NCBI GenBank assembly: GCA_041497895.1
Contig: JBGQHJ010000103.1
Span: 1 to 17,517 of the forward strand
Direction: 5' to 3'
DNA from: Candidatus Methylomirabilia bacterium
GTDB taxonomy: Bacteria; Methylomirabilota; Methylomirabilia; Rokubacteriales; CSP1-6
DNA: 17,517 bases
The translations under genes and the position numbers were made by a program. Every line of letters begins with the position of its first letter. Position 1 is the stretch's first letter. Shown one piece after another: positions 7,182-17,517 of this stretch. The notes beneath the pieces were generated by a model. It did not search any database and was not told the DNA's origin. It saw only the letters and a program-made list of their open reading frames with translations.

Positions 7182-7937
7182 TTAGTCCAGGAAATCGGCC
7201 GGGCCCCGGCCCTGCCGGAAGCCGTCCGTCCACTTCTGCTCTTCCGGCGTGAGATCCGCCGTCTCCAGGAGCTCGGGCCGCCGCCGCCACGTGCGCCAGA
7301 GCGACATCAGCTGCCGCCAGCGCGCGATCCGGCCGTGATCGCCGGAGCGCAGCACCTCGGGCACGCCCGCGCCGCGGAATACCTCGGGCCGGGTGTACTG
7401 CGGGTGCTCGAGCAGGCCCCGCGCGAACGAGTCGCGCGCGGGCGCGTCCTCGTCGCCGAGCACTCCGGGCAGCAGGCGCACGATCGCGTCGGTCACCACC
7501 AGGGCCGCCGGCTCGCCCCCGCTCAGCACGTAGTCGCCGATGGAGAGCTCCTCGTCCGCCACCGTCTCGCTCACGCGCTCGTCCACGCCCTCGTAGCGCC
7601 CGCAGAGCAGGATCAGGCGCGGCCAGGCGGCAGCGAGCTCGCGCGCCACGTCCTGGCTGAAGCGCCGGCCGGCCGGCCCCAGCAGGATCACCCGCGCCTC
7701 CGTCCCGTCGCCCCGCAGCGCGTCCACCGCGGCCGCGATCGGCTCGGGCTTGAGGATCATGCCGCCCCCGCCGCCGAACGGCGGCTCGTCGGTCACCCGG
7801 TGCCGTCCCGCCGCGTGCTCCCGCAGGTCGTGGACGCGCACGTCCACGAGGCCGCGGGCACGGGCCCGACCCAGGATCGACTGGGTGAGCGGCGCCTCCA
7901 GCATGGCCGGGAACAGGGTGACGATGTCGATCCTCAC
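7182..7937 (-). CDS. trmD: tRNA (guanine37-N1)-methyltransferase
   Basis: GTG start at 7937 overlapping the rimM TGA (GTGA). (M)[52 protein letters not shown]. Confidence 0.96.
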   Translation of the reverse strand: MRIDIVTLFPAMLEAPLTQSILGRARARGLVDVRVHDLREHAAGRHRVTDEPPFGGGGGMILKPEPIAAAVDALRGDGTEARVILLGPAGRRFSQDVARELAAAWPRLILLCGRYEGVDERVSETVADEELSIGDYVLSGGEPAALVVTDAIVRLLPGVLGDEDAPARDSFARGLLEHPQYTRPEVFRGAGVPEVLRSGDHGRIARWRQLMSLWRTWRRRPELLETADLTPEEQKWTDGFRQGRGPADFLD

Positions 7938-8458
7938 AGCTCGAGCAGCCCTTCCGGGGGATCGATGATGATGCGCCGATCCGCCACGCTGACCTCCACC
8001 ACGATCGACGGCACCGCCGGGATCAGCCGCTGGCGGTGCTCCTCGTCCTCGACCACCCACAGGTCCTGCGCCCCGCTCTCCACCCGGACGAACCGGCCCA
8101 CCGGCCGGCCCTCGCGCGTCTCCACCACCGCGCCCTCCATCTGCCAGGGATAGAACTGCCCCTCGGGCAGGGGCAGCACCTCGTCGCGCCCCACCGCCAG
8201 GAGCCGGCCCTGGAAGCGCCGGGCCGCCTCCGGCGAGTCGACCCCGTCCATGCGCACGAAGACCGTCTCGCCCTCGAAGCGGCACGAGGCGATCCGGCAG
8301 TCCTCGCGCCGGTCCGCCCGGGGCTCCCAGAGCACGCAGCGGTCGAGCCGCTCGAAGCGCTCGCGGGGCCGATCGGTGAGCGGGCGCACCTTGAGCTCGC
8401 CGCGCAGCCCGAAGGGCCGCAGCACCTCCCCGACCGCGACGAGGGGGGCGTCCGTCAT
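7934..8458 (-). CDS. rimM: Ribosome maturation factor RimM
   Basis: [44 protein letters not shown]; lies between rpsP and trmD. Confidence 0.93.
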   Translation of the reverse strand: MTDAPLVAVGEVLRPFGLRGELKVRPLTDRPRERFERLDRCVLWEPRADRREDCRIASCRFEGETVFVRMDGVDSPEAARRFQGRLLAVGRDEVLPLPEGQFYPWQMEGAVVETREGRPVGRFVRVESGAQDLWVVEDEEHRQRLIPAVPSIVVEVSVADRRIIIDPPEGLLEL

Positions 8459-8465
8459 CGATCGC

Positions 8466-8720
8466 CTAAGCCTTGGCGACGGTTCCCGCGGCCCGCGCCA
8501 GCAGGTTCTTCACCGTGTTGCTGGGCTGCGCGCCCTTCTTGATCCACTCCTTCGCACGCTCCACCTCGATCTTCAGGGTGGGCGGATTCGTCAGCGGGTT
8601 GTAGTGCCCGAGCACCTCGATGAACTTGCCGTCACGCGCCGCGCGCGAGTCGGCCACCACCACGCGGTACGCCGGCTTCCGCGTCGTCCCCGTCCGTCTC
8701 AGCCTGATGTGAACCGCCAC
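8466..8720 (-). CDS. rpsP: 30S ribosomal protein S16
   Basis: [35 protein letters not shown]...GAQPS.TV. GTG start with SD GAGGTG. Confidence 0.97.
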   Translation of the reverse strand: MAVHIRLRRTGTTRKPAYRVVVADSRAARDGKFIEVLGHYNPLTNPPTLKIEVERAKEWIKKGAQPSNTVKNLLARAAGTVAKA

Positions 8721-8768
8721 TGGTCACCTCTCTCTGGGTTGTCCTGCGTCGCTGTTGCCGACCGGGGC

Positions 8769-10112
<1,344 letters not shown>

Positions 10113-10150
10113 TGCGTTACCACCTGGGACGCTGCGTCTGGAAACGCTAA

Positions 10151-10175
10151 AGACTACTGGCGGGGGTCTGAAAAG

Positions 10176-10179
<4 letters not shown>
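10151..10179 (-). promoter_or_regulatory. Sigma70-type promoter for the ffh-rpsP-rimM-trmD-rplS unit
   Basis: Minus strand TTGACT (10179-10174, overlapping the rpe stop codon) - 17 nt - TAGTCT (10156-10151). Confidence 0.65.
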
Positions 10180-10835
<656 letters not shown>

Positions 10836-10841
10836 GCTGCG

Positions 10842-10870
10842 ACCTTACCCGAAAGCGGCGGGGCCCGCAA
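10842..10870 (-). promoter_or_regulatory. Sigma70-type promoter, probably giving a leaderless rpe mRNA
   Basis: Minus strand TTGCGG (10870-10865) - 17 nt - TAAGGT (10847-10842) - 6 nt - ATG; no SD. Confidence 0.65.
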
Positions 10871-10890
10871 AGGACCCGCGCGCGGGGCGG

Positions 10891-12249
10891 TCAGGGCCGG
10901 GCGGCCCGGGCCAGGCGGACCGCGGTGAAGCCGTCGGTGCCGTGCACGTGGGGCAGGCAGCGGATGAACCCGTCCGGGCTCGGCGGCACCGGGAAGTCCG
11001 CCGGCGCGTCCACCGTCCAGTCCGGGTGGCCGTCGAGGAAGCCGCGCACGATCAGGTCGTTCTCCTCCGGCTCGAGCGAGCAGGTGGCGTAGACCAGCCG
11101 CCCACCCGGCCGGGCCAGCGCGGCCGCCGCGGCCAGGATGCCCCGCTGCTTCTCGGCCAGGCGAGCGAGATCCGACTCGTCGCGATTCCACTTCACGTCC
11201 GGATTGCGACGGAGCACGCCCAGGTTCGAGCAGGGCGCGTCCACCAGCACCCGATCGCACCGGCCCTTCCACTTTCCGGCCACCGCGGCCACGCTACCGA
11301 CGTGGGCCTCGATGATGTCGACGCCGAGCCGCGCCGCGGCCTGGGTCAGCAGCCGCAGGCGCGCCGCGTTCGGATCCATGGCGACGATGCGGCCCCGGTT
11401 GCCCATCAGCTGGGCGAGGTGGGTGGCCTTGGTGCCGGGCGCCGCGCACGTGTCCGCGACCAGCTCGCCGGGACTCGGATCGAGCAGGCGCGCGATCAGC
11501 ATCGAGGCCTCGTCCTGGATGGCGCACCAGCCCGCCGCGAAGGCGGCCCAGCGGCCGACGGCTCCGCGTCGCACCGTGAGGCCCTCCGGGGCCAGCCTGG
11601 TGGGATCGGTCTCGGCCAGCTCCTCGTCGCGGAGGCGGGCCGCGAGATCCTCGCGCGAGATGCGGAGCGTGTTCGCCCGGATGGTCACCGGTGGTCGCTC
11701 GTCGAGGGCGGCCATCAGCCGCTCCGCCTCCTCCATCCCGTAGCGGGCGATCCAGCGCGCGGCGATCCAGTCGGGAAACGACCAGCGCACGCCCGCCGCC
11801 TCGACCGGATGCGCGGGCAGGCGCGGCGGGCCCGGGGCGCGCGTGAACGAGCGCAGCACCGCGTTGACGAACTCGGCCGGCCCCGGCACCCGCGACTTGA
11901 GCCGGGCCACGCTCACCGCCTCGTCCACCGCCGCCCACCGCGGCACCCGGTCGAGGAAGATGAGCTGGTAGGCGGTGAGCCGCAGGAGCGCCCGCACCCA
12001 GGGGTCGAGCTTCGCGAGCGGCCGGTTGAGGTGCGGCGTGAGCCGCCAGTCCAGGTGGCGACGCCAGCGGAGCGTGCCGAACACGATCTCGGTGCAGAGC
12101 GCGGCGTCGCGCGGATCCAGGTGCGCGCGCTCGAGCGCGTGCTCGAGCGCGATGTCGGCGAAGGCGCGGTCGCGCTCCACCCGCACCAGGATGTGTAGCG
12201 CCTCGTAGCGCGCCTGCGAGACCGGCCCCGCCCGGAGCACCGGGCTCAC
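10891..12249 (-). CDS. rsmB: 16S rRNA (cytosine967-C5)-methyltransferase RsmB/Sun
   Basis: NusB-like N-terminus (LCTEIVFGTLRW, AAVDEAV, FVNAVLR), QDEAS, DTCAAPGTK, DAPCS, YATCSLEPEEN, DGF. GTG start overlapping the fmt TGA. Confidence 0.93.
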   Translation of the reverse strand: MSPVLRAGPVSQARYEALHILVRVERDRAFADIALEHALERAHLDPRDAALCTEIVFGTLRWRRHLDWRLTPHLNRPLAKLDPWVRALLRLTAYQLIFLDRVPRWAAVDEAVSVARLKSRVPGPAEFVNAVLRSFTRAPGPPRLPAHPVEAAGVRWSFPDWIAARWIARYGMEEAERLMAALDERPPVTIRANTLRISREDLAARLRDEELAETDPTRLAPEGLTVRRGAVGRWAAFAAGWCAIQDEASMLIARLLDPSPGELVADTCAAPGTKATHLAQLMGNRGRIVAMDPNAARLRLLTQAAARLGVDIIEAHVGSVAAVAGKWKGRCDRVLVDAPCSNLGVLRRNPDVKWNRDESDLARLAEKQRGILAAAAALARPGGRLVYATCSLEPEENDLIVRGFLDGHPDWTVDAPADFPVPPSPDGFIRCLPHVHGTDGFTAVRLARAARP

Positions 12250-13214
12250 GGGTTCGGCTCCGTCACGGGCGCGCCCGGCTCGAGGCGCGCGCCGCGGAGG
12301 AAATCCGCCCAGGGCATGGCCTTGCGATTCTCCGGCTGGACCTCGAGCGGGAGGAGGATCCCGGAGCCGGTGGCGATGCCGAGGGAGCCCTGGCCCTCGG
12401 GCCCCTCACCCTGCCCTCTTCCCTGAGGCGAGAGGGGGAGGAGGGTGCCCGGCGGCGCGGTCGCGGGGCCGGGCAGGGCCTGGGCGCGCCAGATCAGGAG
12501 GCGGCCCACCGGGGTCAGGAGGGCGGCGCCCGGCCACGGGTTGCAGCCCCGGATCCGGTTGACCAGGTGTCGCGCCGGCTCGGTCGGCCGGAGCCAGCCG
12601 TCTTCCTTCTTGAGCCGCGGGGCCATGGTGGCCTGCGCGCCGTCCTGGGGGATGCGCGGCAGGGTGTCGATCTCCTCCAGGGTCCGCAGCAGGAGCCGCG
12701 CGCCGATGCCGGCCAGGCGCTCCGACAGCTCGCCCGCCGTCTCGTCCGGCCCGATCGCGGTCGTCTCGCGCAGGAGCATGTCGCCGGTGTCCATCCCGGG
12801 GTCCATCTGGAAGGTGGTGATCCCGGTCTCGGTCTCGCCGCAGATGACGGCCCAGGCGATGGGCGCGGCCCCGCGGTAGCGCGGCAGGACGGAGGCGTGG
12901 ACGTTGATCGAGCCGCGGGTCGGCACGTCGAGCACGGCCTTGGGCAGGATCTGGCCGAAGGCGGCCACCACCGCGACGTCGGCCCGGTGCTCCGCGAGCC
13001 GCTCGGGCCAGCCCGGATCCCGCAGGCGCGGCGCCTGGATCACCGGCACCCCCGCTTCGAGGGCACGGCGCTTCACGGGAGAAGCGGTCAGCGGGCGGCC
13101 GCGTCCCGCCGGCCGGTCGGGCTGGGTGATCACGGCCACGACGCGGTGATGGGCGAGCAGGCCCTCGAGGGTCGGCAGGGCGAAGGCGGGGGTGCCGTAG
13201 AACAGGACGCGCAG
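12246..13214 (-). CDS. fmt: Methionyl-tRNA formyltransferase (322 aa; inferred CTG start)
   Basis: The frame of ORF 12246..13139 extends upstream as (L/M)RVLFYGTPAFALPTL, the conserved Fmt N-terminus. TQPDRPAGRG, VAAFGQIL, INVHASVLPRYRGAAPI, GMDTGD, IRGCNPWP. Confidence 0.95.
   Translation of the reverse strand: MRVLFYGTPAFALPTLEGLLAHHRVVAVITQPDRPAGRGRPLTASPVKRRALEAGVPVIQAPRLRDPGWPERLAEHRADVAVVAAFGQILPKAVLDVPTRGSINVHASVLPRYRGAAPIAWAVICGETETGITTFQMDPGMDTGDMLLRETTAIGPDETAGELSERLAGIGARLLLRTLEEIDTLPRIPQDGAQATMAPRLKKEDGWLRPTEPARHLVNRIRGCNPWPGAALLTPVGRLLIWRAQALPGPATAPPGTLLPLSPQGRGQGEGPEGQGSLGIATGSGILLPLEVQPENRKAMPWADFLRGARLEPGAPVTEPNP
12402..12438. repeat. boxC / intrastrand-triplex-type palindromic element inside fmt
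   Basis: Plus strand CCCCTCACCCTGCCCTCTTCCCTGAGGCGAGAGGGGG; encodes the extra peptide PLSPQGRGQGEG in Fmt. Confidence 0.7.
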
Positions 13215-13224
13215 CCCCGGCCCG

Positions 13225-13746
13225 CTAGAGCGCGAAGGCGTGGTGCGCGGTCTCCTTGGGGAAGCCTTCCTTCTGGATCTTCTTCTTGATGCGGTCCCGC
13301 GTCACCGGGGGAAGGCGGTCGATGAACAGCACCCCGTCCAGGTGATCCATCTCGTGCTGCACCACCCGCGACTTGAGCCCGCTCGCGTCGAGCGAGAACG
13401 GCTTGCCGTCGGCGTCGAGCGCGCTGACCGTGATCGATCGGCTCCGCTCCACGTCCGCGAAGACGCCGGGCAGGGAGAGGCAACCCTCTTCTTCGCGAAT
13501 GGTTCCGCTCCGGGACTCGATGACCGGGTTGATCAGGGCCTGGACGCCGCCCTTGCCGTCGTCCATCACCAGGATGCGGTGGGGCAGGCCGACCTGCGGG
13601 GCGGCCAGCCCGATGCCGACCTGATGCCACATCGTCTCGGTCATGTCGGCGATGATCCGCCTGATCTCGGGCGTGATCTCGCGCACCGGCGCGGCCACCT
13701 GCCGCAGCACCGGGTCGCCGTACAGTCTCACCGTCAGCAGCGCCAC
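13225..13746 (-). CDS. def: Peptide deformylase
   Basis: Motifs GIGLAAPQVG, EGCLS, QHEMDHLDG. GTG start with SD AGAGGAG. Confidence 0.97.
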   Translation of the reverse strand: MALLTVRLYGDPVLRQVAAPVREITPEIRRIIADMTETMWHQVGIGLAAPQVGLPHRILVMDDGKGGVQALINPVIESRSGTIREEEGCLSLPGVFADVERSRSITVSALDADGKPFSLDASGLKSRVVQHEMDHLDGVLFIDRLPPVTRDRIKKKIQKEGFPKETAHHAFAL

Positions 13747-13776
13747 TGGGCTCGTCTCCTCTGGACCGTCGTCGCG

Positions 13777-15543
13777 TCAGCCATTCGCCTGCGGGTCCAT
13801 CTCTACTTCTACCATACCGGCCGCGCCCCGTCGCTTCCCGAGCAGCGGCGCGAGCGCGGGTGCCAGAAGATGTGGCAGGTCGGCGGGCCCCTTGACGACG
13901 AATCGCCACCGGCGGTTGCGCGCGCCGGTCGGGCTGGCCGCCACGGGCGGGTACACCGTGAGCCCGGCGATGCCGCGCAGGGCCGCCGCGCATTCGTCGG
14001 CCAGCGCACGCGCCCGGCCGTCCTCGCGGGCGCGCGCCGAGACCTCGCACAGGCGCCGGAAGGGCGGGTAGCCCAGCTCGGCCCGGAAGCGCAGCTCTTC
14101 CTTGTAGAAGCCGGCGTGGTCCTGAGCCTGGACCGTGCGGACCGCGTAGTGCTCGGGATGCTGGGTCTGGACGATGACCCGGCCGTCGGGCATCACCGCC
14201 TCCGCGGCCGCCCACAGCAGCTCCCAGGTACGCTCGCCGGCCCGGAAGTCGGGCACGCGGAGCATCCCATCCAGGGCCACGAACCCGATGCATCCCACCG
14301 AGCGCGTCGGCAGCGCGCGCAGCAGGGCCGGCGTGCCGATCACCACCTGGGCCTCGAGGTTCTGCCGCGAGACGGTCAGGCGCGGGAAGCGGCGGACCAC
14401 CGAGGTCTGCACGCGCTCGGCGTCCCAGCCGAACGGGGAGAGGCGGTGCCCACCGCAGCCGCCGCAGTGATCGGGCGGGGCGTCGACGCGCGCGCAGAGC
14501 GGGCAGCGCAGCCCGCGGCGGTCCCGTGAGAGGGCCTGCGGCACCCCGCAGTCCGGGCAGCGGAGGATCACCCCGCAGTCGTCGCAGGCGAGTGCTGCGG
14601 CCCGGCGGCTGACGATCAGCGCGGCGCGGCGGCCGTGCTTCGTGCTGTCCTCGATGGCGCGGGTGAGCGGCAGCGTCAGCGGGTGGTTGCGCAGGATGCC
14701 GCGGGTGTCCGCGGTCAGGATCTGGGGCCAGGGGCCGGCCGCGGCCTCGGTGCGGGCGATCTGTCCGTCCTGCGCGCGCCACCAGGTCTCCACCGACGGC
14801 GTGGCCGAGAGCAGCAGCAGACGGCTGCCGTCGAGCGCGGCGCGCCGCAGGAGCAGGTCGCGCGAGTGCAGGCGCGGCGCCCCGGGGGGCTTGTGGGCCG
14901 GGTCGTGCTCGTCGATGAGGGCCAGCGTGGCCGGCGGCGGCAGAGGGGCGAGCAGGGCGGAGCGGGTCCCGACCACCACGCGGCTCTTGCCGCGCGAGGC
15001 GGCAAACCAGGCGCGGCGCCGCTCCGGCTCGGGCACCCCGCTGTCGAGCCGGGCCGCGTCGAGCCGGCGCGCCCAGCGCGCGGCCGCCTCGCGGTCCGGC
15101 GCGATGACGAGCGCGGCGCCGGTCTCCCGCTCGAGGCACTCGGCGAGGCGGGCCTCGCGCAGATGGTCCGTCCACAGCTCCGGCTCGTGCGCGAGCCCCG
15201 GGGGCGGATCCGCGGGCGGCGAGACGGTCTCGGTTGCGGAGGGCCGCGGCGGCGGCGGCAGCAGCGACAGCAGGGTGGAGCCCCACGACGAGAGGCTCTC
15301 GCGGGCGGCCCAGCGCGTGAGCTCGAGCCCCGCGTCCGACAGGACCGGCACCGGCTCGACCGCGCGCTGCAACGGCTTCAGGGAGGTCGCGTCGCCCTCA
15401 CGGAGCGCGACCACCACGCCGATGCGGCTCCGGCCGTGCAGCGGCGCGCTCACCCGCTGCCCGCGGCTCACCCCGAGGCCCGCGGGCACCGCGTAGGAGA
15501 ACGCGTGGTCGATCGGGATATCGAAGACGATATCCGCGATCAA
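13777..15543 (-). CDS. priA: Primosomal protein N' (PriA), shortened with degenerate helicase motifs (588 aa)
   Basis: TTG start at 15543 overlapping the UDG TGA (TTGA). N-terminal 3'-DNA-binding domain (AFSYAVP...GQRVSAP...GVV), VVVGTRSA, SATPS, four CxxC (CDDC, CPDC, CPLC, CGGC), PDFRAGER, VIVQT, YPPF; located between coaBC and def. Confidence 0.9.
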   Translation of the reverse strand: MIADIVFDIPIDHAFSYAVPAGLGVSRGQRVSAPLHGRSRIGVVVALREGDATSLKPLQRAVEPVPVLSDAGLELTRWAARESLSSWGSTLLSLLPPPPRPSATETVSPPADPPPGLAHEPELWTDHLREARLAECLERETGAALVIAPDREAAARWARRLDAARLDSGVPEPERRRAWFAASRGKSRVVVGTRSALLAPLPPPATLALIDEHDPAHKPPGAPRLHSRDLLLRRAALDGSRLLLLSATPSVETWWRAQDGQIARTEAAAGPWPQILTADTRGILRNHPLTLPLTRAIEDSTKHGRRAALIVSRRAAALACDDCGVILRCPDCGVPQALSRDRRGLRCPLCARVDAPPDHCGGCGGHRLSPFGWDAERVQTSVVRRFPRLTVSRQNLEAQVVIGTPALLRALPTRSVGCIGFVALDGMLRVPDFRAGERTWELLWAAAEAVMPDGRVIVQTQHPEHYAVRTVQAQDHAGFYKEELRFRAELGYPPFRRLCEVSARAREDGRARALADECAAALRGIAGLTVYPPVAASPTGARNRRWRFVVKGPADLPHLLAPALAPLLGKRRGAAGMVEVEMDPQANG

Positions 15544-16247
15544 CCGCCGGTCCGCCCACCGTCGGTCGCGCGCGCGTCGTACTCGCGCCGCGCCAGCTTC
15601 AGGTCGTCCCAGGCCATGCGCTTGAACTCCTGGCCGGGATTGCGCAGCAGGAACGCGGGATGGAAGGTCGGCACCAGCACCGCGGTGCGGAAGGCGTAGG
15701 TCTTGCCGCGTAGCCGCGTGATGCCCTCCTTGGTGCCGAGCAGGGTCTGGGCCGCGAAGTTGCCGAGGGCCAGGATGACGTGCGGGCCCACCGTGTCGAT
15801 CTGGGCCATCAGGAACGGGCTGCACGCCGCGACCTCGTCCGGCTCCGGGTTGCGGTTGCGCTCGGGCCGGCACTTCACCACGTTGGCGATGTAGCAGTCG
15901 CGCTCGCGATCGAAGCCCACCGAGGCGAGCATCCGGGTGAGGAGCTGGCCGGCGCGCCCCACGAAGGGCAGGCCCTGCTTGTCCTCCTCCTCGCCCGGCC
16001 CCTCGCCCACCACCATGAGGCGCGCGCGGGCGTGGCCCGAGCCGAAGGCGATGTTCGTGCGGCTCTTGCAGAGCTTGCAGAGCTGGCAGCCCTGCCGCGC
16101 GCGCTCCTGCTCGCGCAGGGCGTCGGCCGGATCGGGGAACGGCACGGAGGCCAGCGTCAGGTCGCGCAGCCCGAGGTCGCGGTGGTGCCGGAGGGTGTCG
16201 GCGAGCCCGCGCAGGGCGAGGGTCACGTCCTCCCGGGGGTCGCTCAT
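15540..16247 (-). CDS. Uracil-DNA glycosylase, family 4 ([4Fe-4S], UdgA-type)
   Basis: CQLCKLC, VGEGPGEEED, PFVGRAGQLL, YIANVVKCRP..NRNP...E...C, TFHPAFLLRNP. Confidence 0.93.
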   Translation of the reverse strand: MSDPREDVTLALRGLADTLRHHRDLGLRDLTLASVPFPDPADALREQERARQGCQLCKLCKSRTNIAFGSGHARARLMVVGEGPGEEEDKQGLPFVGRAGQLLTRMLASVGFDRERDCYIANVVKCRPERNRNPEPDEVAACSPFLMAQIDTVGPHVILALGNFAAQTLLGTKEGITRLRGKTYAFRTAVLVPTFHPAFLLRNPGQEFKRMAWDDLKLARREYDARATDGGRTGG

Positions 16248-16251
16248 CCGG

Positions 16252-17487
16252 CTAGCGCGCGCTGCGATCGGGAGTGCCGGCGCGCTGCGCCGCGCGGAGG
16301 CCGAGCACCCGGTCCAGGATCGCGTCGGCCACGTCGAGCTTGCTCATCCGGGGGAGGTCGGCCACGCCGCCCCAGCGGTCCATCAGCGTCACCTGGTTGT
16401 CGTCGGCCTCGAAGCCGATGCCCTGCACGCTCACGTCGTTGACGACGAGGAGATCGACGCCCTTCGCCTCGAGCTTGGCCGCCGCGTTGGCGCGCACGTC
16501 GTGGGTCTCGGCCGCGAAGCCCACCAGGAAGGCCCGACCCTTGCGGGCGGCCAGCTCGCGCAGGATGTCCGGGTTCGCCACCAGCTCGAGGACGAGGCCC
16601 TCGTCTTTCTTCGACTTGATCTTGCTCTCGCTCGGCCGCTTGGCGCGGTAGTCGCCCACCGCGGCCGCCTTGATCAGGATGCTGGCGCGATCGACGTGCT
16701 GGAGCGCCGCCTCGCGCATATCCTCCGCGGTCTGCACCGGCACGTAGACCGCGCCGGGGGGCGGGGTGAGCGCGGTGGGCCCCGAGATCAGGATCACCTC
16801 GGCACCGCGCCGCAGGGCCGCGGTCGCGACCGCCTGCCCCATCTTGCCCGAGGAGCGGTTCGAGATGTAGCGCACCGGGTCGATGAGCTCGCGGGTGGGG
16901 CCCGAGGTCACGAGCACGCGCTCGCCGGCCAGGTCGCGGCGCGGCGCGAGGAGGCGCTCGATCGCCTCGACGATGGCGTCGACCTCGGGCAGGCGGCCGC
17001 GCCCGGAGAGGCCGGACGCGAGCGCGCCCGCGTCGGGCTCGAGCACCGTGACCCCGCGCTCACGGAGCGTGCGGACGTTCGCGCTCACCGCGGGATGATC
17101 CCACATGCCCCCGTCCATTGCGGGCGCCATCAGCACCGGGCAGCGCGCGGCCAGCAGGAGCGTGGTCAGGAAGTCGTCCGCGATGCCGTGGGCGGCCCGC
17201 GCCAGGAGGTTGGCGGTGGCCGGCGCGACCACGAGGGCCTGGGCCCGCTCGGCGAGGGCCACGTGCTCGACCGCCTCCGGACTCTGGGGATCGAAGAGAT
17301 CGGAGAGCACCGGCCGGCCGGACAGCGTGCGGAAGGTGAGCGGACCGATGAAGCGGTCGGCGTGCGCGGTGGTGACCACCGTGACCCGGGCCCCGAGCCG
17401 GGTGAGCTCGCGCAGCAGGTAGACCGCCTTGTAGGCGGCGATGCTGCCGGTGACGCCGAGGATCAGCTCTTTGTCGTCTAGGCTCAT
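16252..17487 (-). CDS. coaBC: Bifunctional phosphopantothenoylcysteine decarboxylase / phosphopantothenate-cysteine ligase
   Basis: GVTGSIAAYKA, HVALA, APATAN, APAMD, TSGPTRE.IDPVRYISNRSSGKMG, AAAVGDY, VGFAAET, VVNDV. Confidence 0.97.
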   Translation of the reverse strand: MSLDDKELILGVTGSIAAYKAVYLLRELTRLGARVTVVTTAHADRFIGPLTFRTLSGRPVLSDLFDPQSPEAVEHVALAERAQALVVAPATANLLARAAHGIADDFLTTLLLAARCPVLMAPAMDGGMWDHPAVSANVRTLRERGVTVLEPDAGALASGLSGRGRLPEVDAIVEAIERLLAPRRDLAGERVLVTSGPTRELIDPVRYISNRSSGKMGQAVATAALRRGAEVILISGPTALTPPPGAVYVPVQTAEDMREAALQHVDRASILIKAAAVGDYRAKRPSESKIKSKKDEGLVLELVANPDILRELAARKGRAFLVGFAAETHDVRANAAAKLEAKGVDLLVVNDVSVQGIGFEADDNQVTLMDRWGGVADLPRMSKLDVADAILDRVLGLRAAQRAGTPDRSAR

Positions 17488-17517
17488 GGGGGTTGCTGTG
17501 CTGTCTTCCGTTCTTGC

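Noticed and set aside
7156..8285. N-terminal extensions of RplS (to 7290) and TrmD (to 8285)
   Set aside because: They overlap trmD and rimM respectively. Family-typical starts are ATG 7155 and GTG 7937.
13130..15286. 718-aa alternative-frame ORF overlapping priA and def, considered as a frameshifted part of PriA holding the missing Walker A
   Set aside because: It is a low-complexity R/G/P/A translation with no GKT/GKS or other helicase motif, and PriA homology is continuous in a single frame.
15544..15873. 110-aa N-terminal extension of PriA in the ORF track
   Set aside because: It overlaps the UDG gene out of frame. PriA similarity begins at TTG 15543.

Overview
Very GC-rich bacterial DNA in which every credible gene lies on the minus strand. 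Read in transcription direction (right to left) there is a conserved housekeeping superoperon: coaBC - family-4 uracil-DNA glycosylase - priA - def - fmt - rsmB - rpe - ffh - rpsP - rimM - trmD - rplS - rnhB - yraN. It is followed by an accessory catabolic/uptake block: cysteine hydrolase (isochorismatase family), atypical DapA-family enzyme, HemL-like class-III aminotransferase, Tat-exported HAAT/LivK-type binding protein and two LivG/LivF-type ABC ATPases, the last truncated by the window edge. I saw no RNA genes, CRISPR arrays or transposases. The most notable details are: (i) PriA has lost its ATPase/helicase motifs but keeps the 3'-binding and Zn domains (pseudohelicase); (ii) RNase HII ends in a QLALF beta-clamp-binding-like motif; (iii) fmt can apparently only start at CTG; (iv) a boxC/triplex-type palindromic repeat is inserted in-frame in fmt; (v) rpe and the DapA-like gene look leaderless, each with a TAAGGT -10 box; (vi) the catabolic cluster encodes enzymes with non-canonical active-site motifs and an unknown substrate. 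The overall style suggests a Candidatus Rokubacteria/Methylomirabilota-like organism, but that is only an impression.
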